DNA from: Acidimicrobiales bacterium
Lineage (GTDB): Bacteria; Actinomycetota; Acidimicrobiia; Acidimicrobiales; Aldehydirespiratoraceae
Length of the DNA stretch: 64,000 nt
Assembly: GCA_963662455.3 (NCBI GenBank)
Contig: OZ224042.1
Location: 1,727,234 to 1,791,233, forward strand
Direction of reading: 5' to 3'
Position 1 is the stretch's first letter; every line of letters begins with the position of its first letter. This document shows positions 27,663 to 37,086 of the stretch, in pieces. The translations under genes and the position numbers were made by a program. Under the pieces are notes generated by a model that was not told where the DNA came from, made no database searches, and was given only the letters and a program-made list of their open reading frames with translations.

Positions 27663-27926
27663 TCAGTCGTCGCGGAGGACGTCTACGTCGTGGGGGTGGC
27701 TCTCGCGCAGGCCGGCGCCGGTGATCCGCACGAGGCGCGTGCGGTGCTGCAAGTCTGCGAGGCCAGCAGCGCCTGCGTAACCCATACCGGAGCGCAGACC
27801 TCCGGTCAGTTGGCCGACGAGTTCTGAGAGAGGCCCGGCGTAACGCACGCGGGCCTCCACTCCCTCGGCCACATGCTTGCTGCCGGCCTGCCCGGTCCCG
27901 TAGCGGTCGCTTGCACGTCCGCGCAT
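27663..27926 (-). pseudogene. 3' fragment of guaB (copy of 57418..57681)
   Basis: The 87 encoded aa differ at only a few positions from the GuaB C-terminus (...GLRESHPHD[V/I]DVLRDD). No upstream part is present. Confidence 0.8.
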
Positions 27927-27941
27927 CGCACCTGCCGAGGC

Positions 27942-28177
27942 CCGAGGCGCGCCTCTTCGAAGGGGTCGACCTTGAACTGTTCGAGCAACTCCGGTCTGTG
28001 GACGCCCCGTTCACGGTGGCCGTGTCCCGAGACGGTGGCCCCCCCTCGAGTGTCGCCGGGCAGACAACCGATCAGTTGCCCAACGCCCGCAGCGTGGTCT
28101 GGCCCGACAACACCCACTTCGGACCCTTCGAGGACCCCCGGCGCGCCGCCACCGAAATCCTCGCCGCGGTGGCCTGA
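27942..28177 (+). pseudogene. 3' fragment of alpha/beta hydrolase gene (copy of 25736..25971)
   Basis: EARLFEGVDLELFEQLRSVDAPFTVAVSRDGGPPSSVAGQ...EILAAVA is near-identical to the C-terminus of 25147..25971. It abuts the guaB fragment. Confidence 0.8.
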
Positions 28178-28228
28178 ACTGCAAGACGTCCTCGGTGCGT
28201 CCTCGGTGCGTTCCGGCAGCACCGGCGT

Positions 28229-28435
28229 TCACATGGCGAAGGAGCCGTCGTCTCGGACTTTCCAGGCTGCCGCCGCGATCGTGCCGCCGTCGACAGGGAT
28301 CGATGATCCGGTGACGAAACTCGCCATATCAGACGCCAGGAAGACGACCACCGCAGCATTCTCGTCGGGGGACCCCATACGGCGCAGCGGTGTCGGTTCC
28401 ATGCCGTCGATCATGGCGCCGCTGGCCTCAGACAG
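28229..28435 (-). pseudogene. 3' fragment of SDR oxidoreductase gene (second copy)
   Basis: [61 protein letters not shown] matches the C-terminus of 31734..32537. Confidence 0.8.
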
Positions 28436-28493
28436 AGCGCGGTCGGGTGGCGCGCGTCCTCGATGTGATAGGTGCCCGCAGGCGTGGGGCTCA

Positions 28494-30158
28494 CTAGTTC
28501 ACCTGCGGGCAGATCGGGATCAGCACGTTCTGCGACCCGTGGAACCGATGCAGACGATCGGGGAACGTCTCACCGTCTACCAGCACGATCCAACGCCAGT
28601 GCGGATTCACATTGTCGGCGTTGCGGACAGACACCCTGAGGATTATCTCTTCACCCTTACATGAGTATTTGGTGAAGTTGAAGGTGACGCTCTCGTTAGC
28701 GGAGTACGACCGCTCATCGTTGGAGTTGTTGTCTCCCACGATAAGCGGTAGGCCGTCGCTGACACCCTTCTGGGTAAACGTAAGCATCTCGACCCTGACC
28801 TGCAACCCGCCTGCCACCTGTCTGCCCGCCCGGATGGTCACTCCGGCGTGTTGGAACGGGATACCGTCTTCGATGGTCGCACCACTATTCGACGGAACCT
28901 CGGTAGCTTCCAGGAAACCGAAACCGCCGTTGGCTTTCATCCAGTGGGGCGGTATGGGCGTGCCTATCGCTTCGACCGTGACCGGCCAGATGTCACCCCG
29001 ACCGGCTGCTGCTGCTTTCGCCTCGTTGAACTGGTCGGCGGTGCGGTGGAACAGCACCTGGCCGTCGCCGCGGTCGCGGTAGATCGGTACCGACACGTAG
29101 TCCTGGGTGCCTCCCGACGACTCCTTCGACAGGAAGTTCGGCGCGGAGGCGGTGGCTATCAATGTGGGCTCCTCGACGGTGACGATCAGCGACCGGCAGC
29201 CGAAATGGATGTTGTAGGCCGCGTACTGGTAGCAGACCCGTTCTACCCACCTGGCGGGTTGCGCGGCCCGCTGAGGATGGTATGTGACGTAGACGTAGGA
29301 GATGTCGTCCTCGGCCACACGGGCGAACACGATGTCGTCTTTGCCGTCCACCTCGAAGGTGATGTTGCGGTCGCCGGACACCACGTTGTCGTCGATGCTG
29401 GACCCGCCCCAGGCGAGCGTGCCCCCGCCGAGACCCCAGAAGAATCCGTCCGCCGTCTGGGAGTGGGCGGTCACCGACGAATAGTCCTTGGCCCCGGTAC
29501 CGGCGGGCATGACACACACCCCGCCGCTGTGGTCGATGTTGTCGCCCTCTGTCAGCGGGAACGGGTCCCCCGTGCAGGGCGACTCGTCGGACACGATCCG
29601 GATCTCGCGGGTGAGCGACGCCCCACCGCCCGTCAGGGGGCTGATCGTCGCCCGGATGAACTCGTCGCCCTCGACCACCTCGTCACCGATCACAGTTATC
29701 ACGACGCTCAGATGGCTGGGAGGCCCGTTGAGGGGGTTGACTTCGATGCATCCCGTACGATTGAACGACGACCAATTGTTATAGCCGGGACCGAACGGTA
29801 GCCCGGTCGGTGGCTGCTTGGGCGGATCGTAGGTGGCCGCCGTGCCGGTCCAGTCCTGACCGTACGTGGCCGTCCCGGAGAAGCACACCTTATAGTTGGT
29901 GCCCGGATAGTGGGCTTCCACCGCGACCTGATAGTCGGTGCCGGTGTCGCCCTCGGTGACCGTGGAATAGTCGGCGGAGATCCGCGGGCCGCTGGGCTGC
30001 GCTTGCACCGCGGCCGGTGTCGCCAGCGCCGCCACGCAGGCCACGGCTGCGATCCGTCCGAGCCGCGTCAGTTTGCGCCAACCCGCCCCCCCCCCCCCCT
30101 TTGCGCAGCCGGAAGTTCCTTCCAGCGGTCCGGCGACGGGGCGGTGGTCAGTACCCAT
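28494..30158 (-). CDS. Secreted protein with an N-terminal Calx-beta-like domain, function unknown
   Basis: Signal-like [22 protein letters not shown], then [14 protein letters not shown]...[20 protein letters not shown] at 30158. A G14 tract lies between the start and the signal peptide. Confidence 0.65.
   Translation of the reverse strand: MGTDHRPVAGPLEGTSGCAKGGGGAGWRKLTRLGRIAAVACVAALATPAAVQAQPSGPRISADYSTVTEGDTGTDYQVAVEAHYPGTNYKVCFSGTATYGQDWTGTAATYDPPKQPPTGLPFGPGYNNWSSFNRTGCIEVNPLNGPPSHLSVVITVIGDEVVEGDEFIRATISPLTGGGASLTREIRIVSDESPCTGDPFPLTEGDNIDHSGGVCVMPAGTGAKDYSSVTAHSQTADGFFWGLGGGTLAWGGSSIDDNVVSGDRNITFEVDGKDDIVFARVAEDDISYVYVTYHPQRAAQPARWVERVCYQYAAYNIHFGCRSLIVTVEEPTLIATASAPNFLSKESSGGTQDYVSVPIYRDRGDGQVLFHRTADQFNEAKAAAAGRGDIWPVTVEAIGTPIPPHWMKANGGFGFLEATEVPSNSGATIEDGIPFQHAGVTIRAGRQVAGGLQVRVEMLTFTQKGVSDGLPLIVGDNNSNDERSYSANESVTFNFTKYSCKGEEIILRVSVRNADNVNPHWRWIVLVDGETFPDRLHRFHGSQNVLIPICPQVN
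30086..30099. repeat. Homopolymer C14 (G14 on the coding strand)
   Basis: Counted directly in the sequence. Encodes K-GGGG-A within the 5' end of CDS 28494..30158. Confidence 0.9.
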
Positions 30159-30237
30159 GGGTTCACATATACCACACCACCAGAAATTATGCAAGGGAAA
30201 TCATGCAAGACGGCGCGTAAGAACGAGGACGGGACAG

Positions 30238-30659
30238 AGGCACTCTTGACCTACCACTCATACTTCCGATCGTTCTCAAGCGACTACGACTCCGCCGACT
30301 CGCTCGCTGATCTGGCCGAAGATTCCGATGTCGCGACGAAAGCCACCCTCGCAGACGTCGAGGAGGGTCGAATCTAGGCGGAATCCAACACGAAGCCAGA
30401 ACTCGACCCCGACAAACCAGTGCCCGCCGACATTCATGTTGAGATCAACCTGGTCTTCGAGACGGCCGACGGTACCCGTCACTACATGGGACTCTTCCGA
30501 CCGAACGACTCCTCGGTCGCGCGAATCCGCTCGGTGATGCCCACCGGCGCAACAAGCATCATCTATTCGGCACCCAGATCCAGACCTACCGAACACAACA
30601 GCGGCAGAACATTCAACGTTCGCGAGGACGCCAACGAAACCCTCGCCGCGGTGCTCTGA
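30238..30659 (+). pseudogene. Degraded paralog of lipoprotein 26967..27647
   Basis: YFRSFSSDYDSADSLADLAEDSDVATKATLADVEEGRI-stop. In another frame it reads VEINLVFETADGTRHYMGLFRPNDSSVARIRSVMPTGATSIIY. No signal peptide, and there is a frame break. Confidence 0.6.
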
Positions 30660-30673
30660 GGCGAGCCGAGCAC

Positions 30674-31633
30674 TCAGAGAAGCTGTCGGTGGAACTCGAG
30701 CATGTCTGCTCTGAACAGTTCAGGTTGGCCCTCAAGACTGCCGATGGTGGCTCCGGTGGTACCGAATCCCTGTTTCAGGGCGAACACGAACAGGTCAAAG
30801 TCGACCAGTGACGGGTCCGGCTGACCGGTCCTCGGGTCGAACATCGCACCGTCGTCGTCGAGCATCACGGTCGGCGCGCTCCGAGCGACCCGCGCCTCGG
30901 AGATGACATTGGGTTCTTCGATCCGGTCGAAGCTGTGATGGGCGCCTGGGACGACTCGGACCTCGGCGTCGGCGCCACCCATCCGCATGGCGTTGATGTG
31001 TCCCTGAACCTCCTGGACTGAGCACCACTCATCGCGGTCACCGACAATCGCCCGTATCCGCGTCCTTCCGACCCGCGGCTCGCGGAGCTGGTGCCCGCAC
31101 CACGGATACACCGCATAGACCGACGCTAAGGAAGCATCGGGTGAACCCACCGCATCGGCGAACTGGCGGCACGCCGCGGTCAGCACGGCCGAACCTCCCC
31201 GGCTGTGCCCCTGTGCGGTGATTCGCTCCGGATCGATCTCCGAACGCTGCTGCAGCGCTACCAGGGTCGCGACCACGTCGAACGCGCTCGCCGCGAAACT
31301 GAACTGAGTCTGGTTGGCAACGGTCGATGAGACGGTCCGAACGCCGAACGGGTCGATCACGCAAACCGCGAAACCCTCGTTGAGCAGCGTCGCAGCATGG
31401 GCTTCTATGTTCTCTCCGACGCCCAGGCTGCCCGGCGCCAAGATGACCGCAGGCGACAATCCTTGTGCGGCAGGCAGAAAGAGCTTTGCGTCGATGTCGA
31501 TCGGTTCGCAGGATTCGGGTGCGGTGACTGCCTGGTAATAGTTGGTCGGGTTCGCCGACCTGACAACCATGTTCTCGCCGGGTCGTCCGGAGTAGGTCAC
31601 ATTACGGTCCCGATATCGATCCGTTTCGGTCAT
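30674..31633 (-). CDS. Dienelactone hydrolase-like alpha/beta hydrolase
   Basis: 319 aa. Nucleophile elbow GHSRGG and a C-terminal GAHHSF. Confidence 0.65.
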   Translation of the reverse strand: MTETDRYRDRNVTYSGRPGENMVVRSANPTNYYQAVTAPESCEPIDIDAKLFLPAAQGLSPAVILAPGSLGVGENIEAHAATLLNEGFAVCVIDPFGVRTVSSTVANQTQFSFAASAFDVVATLVALQQRSEIDPERITAQGHSRGGSAVLTAACRQFADAVGSPDASLASVYAVYPWCGHQLREPRVGRTRIRAIVGDRDEWCSVQEVQGHINAMRMGGADAEVRVVPGAHHSFDRIEEPNVISEARVARSAPTVMLDDDGAMFDPRTGQPDPSLVDFDLFVFALKQGFGTTGATIGSLEGQPELFRADMLEFHRQLL

Positions 31634-31692
31634 CTCCAGCCTTCCTGCTGATCCTGAACCGCCAACGCTATGGCGCGCTCGCCGCTATGGCA

Positions 31693-31743
31693 CCTCGAAT
31701 CACATGGCGCCTCGAATCACATGGCGCCTTGAATCACATGGCG
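31693..31743. repeat. 17-bp tandem repeat x3 (CCTCGAATCACATGGCG) spanning the SDR stop codon
   Basis: Copies at 31693-31709, 31710-31726 and 31727-31743 (one mismatch). Each copy carries the reverse complement of ATG-TGA. Confidence 0.85.
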
Positions 31744-32537
31744 AAGGAGCCGTCGTCTCGGACTTTCCAGGCTGCGGCCGCGATCGTGCCGCCGTCGACA
31801 GGGATGGATGATCCGGTGACGAAACTCGCCATATCAGAAGCCAGGAAGACGACCACCGCAGCGTTCTCGTCGGTGGACCCCATACGACGCAGCGGCGTCG
31901 GCTCCATCCCGTCGATCATGGCGCCACTGGCCTCAGACAGGCTCCGGTCGCCTGGAGTCGGGGTCATGTCCGGGGCGATGCAGTTGACCCGGATGCCGCG
32001 CCCGCCCAGTTCAAGGGCCAGAGACTTGGTGAACTGCTCGACGGCCGCCTTCATCGCCGCGTAGACCGCGAATCCGGGGGCGGCGTGGTATGCCTCCACG
32101 GAGGTCACGTTGATTATCGAGGCGCCATCGTTCATCCGGTCGACTCCGTAACGCACACAGTTGGTGACGGTGGAGAAGTTCTCGGCGATCAGGACACCCT
32201 CCCCCTTCGGCGACACCCCCGAATACAGCGAGTGGAACCCTCCCCCGGCATTGTTGACCAGCACGTCTATTGCCCCGAGCTCGGTGACGACACTGCCGAG
32301 CCAGCGGTCGACGCCCGGGGCGTCGCGCACGTCGAGTTCGGTGGCGTGGCAGCGGCGGCCGGTCGCCTCGATGGCTGCGGCCACCGACGGCAGCCTGTCG
32401 CCGTGCATGTCGCAGATCGCGACGTCGGCACCGAACCGTGCCAGCGCCACTGCGGCAGCTTCCCCGATGCCCTGCCCGGCACCGGTCACAACCGCGACTC
32501 GATCCGTCAACAACACACTTTGAGGGGTAACGGTCAT
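31734..32537 (-). CDS. SDR-family oxidoreductase
   Basis: VAVVTGAGQGIG Rossmann motif, NNAG, and YAAMKAAV (YxxxK). ATG at 32537. Confidence 0.9.
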   Translation of the reverse strand: MTVTPQSVLLTDRVAVVTGAGQGIGEAAAVALARFGADVAICDMHGDRLPSVAAAIEATGRRCHATELDVRDAPGVDRWLGSVVTELGAIDVLVNNAGGGFHSLYSGVSPKGEGVLIAENFSTVTNCVRYGVDRMNDGASIINVTSVEAYHAAPGFAVYAAMKAAVEQFTKSLALELGGRGIRVNCIAPDMTPTPGDRSLSEASGAMIDGMEPTPLRRMGSTDENAAVVVFLASDMASFVTGSSIPVDGGTIAAAAWKVRDDGSFAM

Positions 32538-32585
32538 GGAGATCACACCTTTCACGAAGCACCGACCGACACCAGACAACACGCA

Positions 32586-34133
32586 ATGCCGACGATCCGC
32601 CAAAGCCTAGAATCAGAACCAGTGAAACTCGATCCTCGTACACCAGTGATTGTCGGGGTTGGGCAGATCACGCGCTCCTTCGCAAACGACGACGAGGTCG
32701 CTCAAGCGGCAGACTCGGTGGCGTTGATGGCGCAGGCAACCGAAGTTGCGTTGGCCGATTGCGGAGCAGGCCCGACGACGGTCGGCGCGAGCGGAACGGG
32801 AGATTGGCGCTCAGCGATTGACACCATGGCTGTGGTGGGCGGACTGTGGCGTTACCGCGACCCTGCCGCGTTGGTTGCAGCCGAGTGCGGTATCGAACCC
32901 TCACGGACCATGCACTCCTCATTCGGCGGCCAGATGCCGATTCATTTGCTCGGCGCGCTCAGCGATCTCATTCGCATCGGCGAAATCGATGTCGCAGTGG
33001 TGACGTGCGGGGAGAACAACCTGTCGCGACGAGCCCGAAGGAGGCTGGGAATCAACGTTGTTCGGCGAATCGAAACCGACACCGGCGGACTGGCGGGTGG
33101 AGTGGAGAGCTTCGGGGCTCCTCTCGCCATGGGCGACGCCGCGGCGATTGAACGGGGCGCCGATCTGCCTCGCAACAGCTACGCGGTTCTCGACAGCGCC
33201 CTGCGCTGCGCCAGAGGCGAGACTCTTGACGGATCCCGAGACAGGTCTGCGTCGCTTTGGGCCGGGTATGCCGCCGTTGCCATCGACAATCCTCACGCCG
33301 CTGATCGCCGAGGCATGGACGCGGCACAGATCCGTGAACCCAGCGACGACAACCGTTTCGTGAGTTGGCCTTACACGAAAGCGATGTGCGCAAACAACAA
33401 CGTCGACCACGGCGGTGCCATCGTGATCGCCAGCACCGAAGCCGCCGACAGCTTCAGCGTCAGCGTCGATAAACGGGTTTACCCCCGCCAGTGTGTGCTC
33501 GGCAGCGACACCGACAGCCTGATCAGCCGTTATGGAGCCTCTACCGCCCCCGGCCTTGCCGCTGCGGGTGCAGCGTTGAAGACAATGGTCGGCGACCTCG
33601 ACGAAATCGAGCACCTCGACCTCTACTCATGTTTTCCGTCGATGGTGGCGCTCACGGCAGAACTGCTTCAGATCAGCACTGATCGTGCGCTCACGGTGAC
33701 CGGAGGGCTGGCCTTTGCCGGCGCTCCGCTCAACTTCGCCGCAGGTGAAAGCGTCATCGGCATGGTCGATCGGCTGCGCGACGACGCCGGTTCAGTGGGC
33801 CTGGTGCAGGGCAACGGCGGTCACGCATCCAAACACGCACTCGCCACCTACTCGACGACGCCACCTCGCCAACCACACCAAACCATCGTCGTTGAGCACA
33901 ATGCGCCTGTCCGGCAACCCGCCGACCCGGACACAAGCGGCGTGGCGACACTCGACGGAGTAACCGTCGAATACGAACGCGAAGGCCCCACGCGAGCCAT
34001 CGGTCTGATCCGCTTCGCCAACGGCGCCCGGACCTGGGCCACAAGCACCGACCCGAGCCTCATGCGCACCTGCACCGAGGTCGAATGCGTCGGCAAGCCG
34101 ATCGAAGTCGCCTCCGGAACATTCAGCCTCTGA
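32586..34133 (+). CDS. Thiolase-like protein (type-1 thiolase-like with extra C-terminal domain)
   Basis: PVIVGVGQ N-terminus, DLYSCFP and GGLAFAGAP thiolase C-terminal patterns, plus a roughly 110-aa C-terminal extension. The start is uncertain (ATG 32586 or GTG 32621). Confidence 0.7.
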   Translation: MPTIRQSLESEPVKLDPRTPVIVGVGQITRSFANDDEVAQAADSVALMAQATEVALADCGAGPTTVGASGTGDWRSAIDTMAVVGGLWRYRDPAALVAAECGIEPSRTMHSSFGGQMPIHLLGALSDLIRIGEIDVAVVTCGENNLSRRARRRLGINVVRRIETDTGGLAGGVESFGAPLAMGDAAAIERGADLPRNSYAVLDSALRCARGETLDGSRDRSASLWAGYAAVAIDNPHAADRRGMDAAQIREPSDDNRFVSWPYTKAMCANNNVDHGGAIVIASTEAADSFSVSVDKRVYPRQCVLGSDTDSLISRYGASTAPGLAAAGAALKTMVGDLDEIEHLDLYSCFPSMVALTAELLQISTDRALTVTGGLAFAGAPLNFAAGESVIGMVDRLRDDAGSVGLVQGNGGHASKHALATYSTTPPRQPHQTIVVEHNAPVRQPADPDTSGVATLDGVTVEYEREGPTRAIGLIRFANGARTWATSTDPSLMRTCTEVECVGKPIEVASGTFSL

Positions 34134-34148
34134 CGCCCATGCCGCTGA

Positions 34149-34378
34149 GAGGCCGAGCGGATTGACCCCGCACACGGTCGCGACAGAACGAGGCCGTGGC
34201 CCGAGCGGCCCGTGAGCGCAGCGAACAAGAGCGGGAGACGACAGGTCTCGACGCACCCGCGATGGTCAATCCGCGCACGTTCTGAGGGGTTGCGCGGATG
34301 GGTGACAAGTACGTCGCGTCGAAGCGGGAGACAACAGGTCTCGGCGCATCCACGATGTTCAATCCGCGCACGTTCTAG
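34149..34378. repeat. Intergenic repeat family, copy B (with duplicated 3' sub-module)
   Basis: Shares its 5' part with copies A and C. The sub-module AGCGGGAGAC.ACAGGTCTC...CGATG.TCAATCCGCGCACGTTCT occurs twice (34230-34286 and 34323-34378). A 9-bp hairpin ATCCGCGCA/TGCGCGGAT is at 34269-34299. Confidence 0.7.
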
Positions 34379-35391
34379 CTGCGGGGGATGCCGTGGTAGG
34401 GACGGCCGGCGTCCTTCCACTCGGCGTAGAGCTCGAAGAACTGCTCACCGAACGGACTGAGGTCTTGCAGGGGCATAGCCGCACGGCGCACGGTGAAGTC
34501 CATGGGGGCGAGCTCGGCGGCGGTCGCGAACCAGTCGACCGCTGACGGCTCACCGCAGCGACGCAGATGAACTGCAATCCGAAAAGCCAGCCGAGCCTCG
34601 ATCTCGCCGGCGTCGAGATCGGGAATCTCCGTGGCGGCGTCTGCGGGAAGCTTCCCGGAACGGACCCACTCCCGAACTCGGTCCAGGTGCTCATCGGGGC
34701 GCACACCCGTGAATTCGAAGAACTTGTCGGTGCCGACCTCAGCTGAGTTCGGCCGGGCGATGGCGCCGTCCTCATCGATCCAGACCACCGTGGGCACATT
34801 GCTGACCGCATACAACTCGGCGAGCACATGGTCCCGATCAAGCAGAACAGGAAACGAAATGCCCTCGGTGAGGGGCCGAACATCGTCGGCCGACTCGTCG
34901 AGCGCCACCCCGATCACCATGAAACCGCTGTCGCTCAGTTCATCGTTGAGTGCCTGCCACCCGGGCAGTTCAAATCCGCAGCCTCACCAGCTTGCGAAGG
35001 CCACCAACAGCCTCTTGCGGCCCGCGAACTGCTCCAGCGAGTGATCCTCCCCGTCGAGGTCGGGAAGCACGAAATTGGGGGCACGACGCCGGCTGAGCGC
35101 ATCGCTGCGAGTCTGGGACGGCACGCTCAAAGCCACGAGATCGGTGTCGTCTACAAGCATGGAACTGACGCCGACGGCCGTCGCAGCGGCGCGAAGATCA
35201 ACGCAGTCACCGTGCAGCAGGTCGGTCTCGGTGACCGGTATGCACTCGCTCTCTCGACACAGACCCTGCGGTTTCAGTTCCCAACCGAGAACCTCTTGCA
35301 GCGATGTTCGGTCGACAAGCACCAGGTCATCGACACAATGGCCTTCTACTTCAAGCGATTCATGCGGCATGAGAACCGTAACCGTCGACAT
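34375..35391 (-). CDS. Thioredoxin-fold (TlpA/ResA-like) protein with in-frame TGA at the redox-Cys position; candidate selenoprotein
   Basis: ORFs 34984..35556 and 34375..34920 are in the same frame and are separated by only one TGA (34984-34986). Read-through gives ...RKRLLVAFASW-U-GCGFELPGWQALNDELSDSGFMVIGVALDES..., which aligns with the FWASWCGPCxxExP consensus. Confidence 0.55.
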
Positions 35392-35504
35392 TGAATCCCC
35401 CAGCGGCTGATTGATTGGCTCAGGGCTGGGAGTCTTGCAGCTTCGCGCCCCGAACGCCCCATCGGACGCCTCACGAATCTGGATCGCCGGATAGGGTTCG
35501 GAAC

Positions 35505-36287
35505 ATGTCATCCGTAGTCCAACTTGAACGCAACACCACCACCGGAGTCGCCACAATCCGGCTCGACCGACCCAAAGTGAACGCCGTCAACGAAGCGATG
35601 CTCGACGAACTCGACGCTGTCTGCAACGCCCTGGCCGACGACCGCGGGATCCGGGCCGTCGTGTTGACCGGAGGATCCCGACACTTCGCAGCGGGCGCCG
35701 ACATAGAACGGTTCCCGACCTTCGACCGCGACGCCGCACTCTCCTTCTCACAGCAGTTCAACAACACCACGCTGAGCATCGAGGCGCTGCCGCAGATCAC
35801 CGTCAGCGCAATCAACGGCTACGCCCTCGGAGGCGGCCTTGAACTCGCTCTCGCCACCGACTTCCGTGTGGCTGCGCGCAACGCACAACTCGGGAACCCC
35901 GAAGTTCTGCTGGGGATCATCCCAGGCGGCGGGGCGACGCAACGGCTCGCCCGGTTGGCCGGCGTCACCAAGGCCAAGGACCTGGTGTACTCGGGCCGTG
36001 CGATCGGCGCCGAAGAGGCCCTGGCCTGCAACCTGATCTCAGCGATCTTCGAGCCCGACGAAGTACAGGCCGAGGCGACCAGGATGGCCGAGGGCTATGC
36101 CTTTGGCCCAGCGTCGCTGCGACTCGCCAAGGCAGCCGTGCTGAGCGGCTACCACCTGCCGCTCGACGAAGCCGTCAAGATCGAGTCGGAACTGTTCGCG
36201 GACTGCTTCAACACCGAAGACTGCGCCACAGGCGTGCAGAGCTTCCTGCAGAACGGACCCGGCAAGGCCTCCTTCACCGGTCGCTGA
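35505..36287 (+). CDS. Enoyl-CoA hydratase/isomerase (crotonase) family
   Basis: ATIRLDRPKVNAVNEAM...GGSRHFAAGADI...NGYALGGGLELALATD. Confidence 0.9.
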   Translation: MSSVVQLERNTTTGVATIRLDRPKVNAVNEAMLDELDAVCNALADDRGIRAVVLTGGSRHFAAGADIERFPTFDRDAALSFSQQFNNTTLSIEALPQITVSAINGYALGGGLELALATDFRVAARNAQLGNPEVLLGIIPGGGATQRLARLAGVTKAKDLVYSGRAIGAEEALACNLISAIFEPDEVQAEATRMAEGYAFGPASLRLAKAAVLSGYHLPLDEAVKIESELFADCFNTEDCATGVQSFLQNGPGKASFTGR

Positions 36288-36336
36288 GCGGCCCATCGGG
36301 TTGCGTTCCGGTAATTCACAACGAGTCCGGAGAGGG

Positions 36337-37086
36337 TCAGGCGACGTCCATCGACCGCAGACGCAGGGTGGACAGCACGAACGCAACGAGCACCACGAGC
36401 GTCAGTACAACAACAGCGGCAGTCGACGAAAGGTTGCCGAGATACAGGTCGACGCCTGTCTGCTCAGCCATGATCGACCGGGTGTAACCGCGGATGGCGA
36501 GCCTCTCGCTCACACTGCCGAGTCCCGCCACCAAGCCCTCCCATATGAGGATGTACCCGATACCCCACACCACGGAGTTCTTCAACAGCAGACCAAGCAG
36601 CATGAACACCGCGGAGTAGGCGAGACTTCCCACTGCACAAGCCAGAATCGTGGCCCACACCAATTCAGACCCGACATTGGCGATGAACGCCGCCGCCGTC
36701 AAGGGAACGAGAGTCAAAGGCAGGCTGACCGTCACCGAGGCCAGCCAGGCCCCGACAACCATCGGCCAACGGTCGATCGGACGCAACCACAGATAAACCA
36801 GTGTGCTGTCCTCTCTGAGGTCGCCGAATGCCGCTGAAGCGAACACCAGAGCAACGATCGGAACCACGATCGTGAAGCCCAGATTGGCCATCAACTCGGT
36901 TCCCAGTTCGAGAGCTGACTCGACCGGCTCGTCGTCGCGGACGGTGCGTGAGACCAGCGCCACAACCAACGAGACAACGGCCCCGACACCGAGCAGAGCC
37001 GCGACTCGCCCCTTCGAGAGCAACTGACGGACAAGCAGACGATGCGTGATCACGATGGCTCGCGGAGCAGGGACGTAGGTGTTCAT
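36337..37086 (-). CDS. ABC-2-type transporter permease
   Basis: 249 aa with multiple hydrophobic segments. 4-nt overlap with the upstream ATPase gene. Confidence 0.7.
   Translation of the reverse strand: MNTYVPAPRAIVITHRLLVRQLLSKGRVAALLGVGAVVSLVVALVSRTVRDDEPVESALELGTELMANLGFTIVVPIVALVFASAAFGDLREDSTLVYLWLRPIDRWPMVVGAWLASVTVSLPLTLVPLTAAAFIANVGSELVWATILACAVGSLAYSAVFMLLGLLLKNSVVWGIGYILIWEGLVAGLGSVSERLAIRGYTRSIMAEQTGVDLYLGNLSSTAAVVVLTLVVLVAFVLSTLRLRSMDVA

Noticed and set aside
32085-32585. N-terminal 167-aa extension of the thiolase-like ORF
   Set aside because: It is antisense to the well-supported SDR gene. The thiolase homology begins only around PVIVGVGQ, so the start was moved to 32586.
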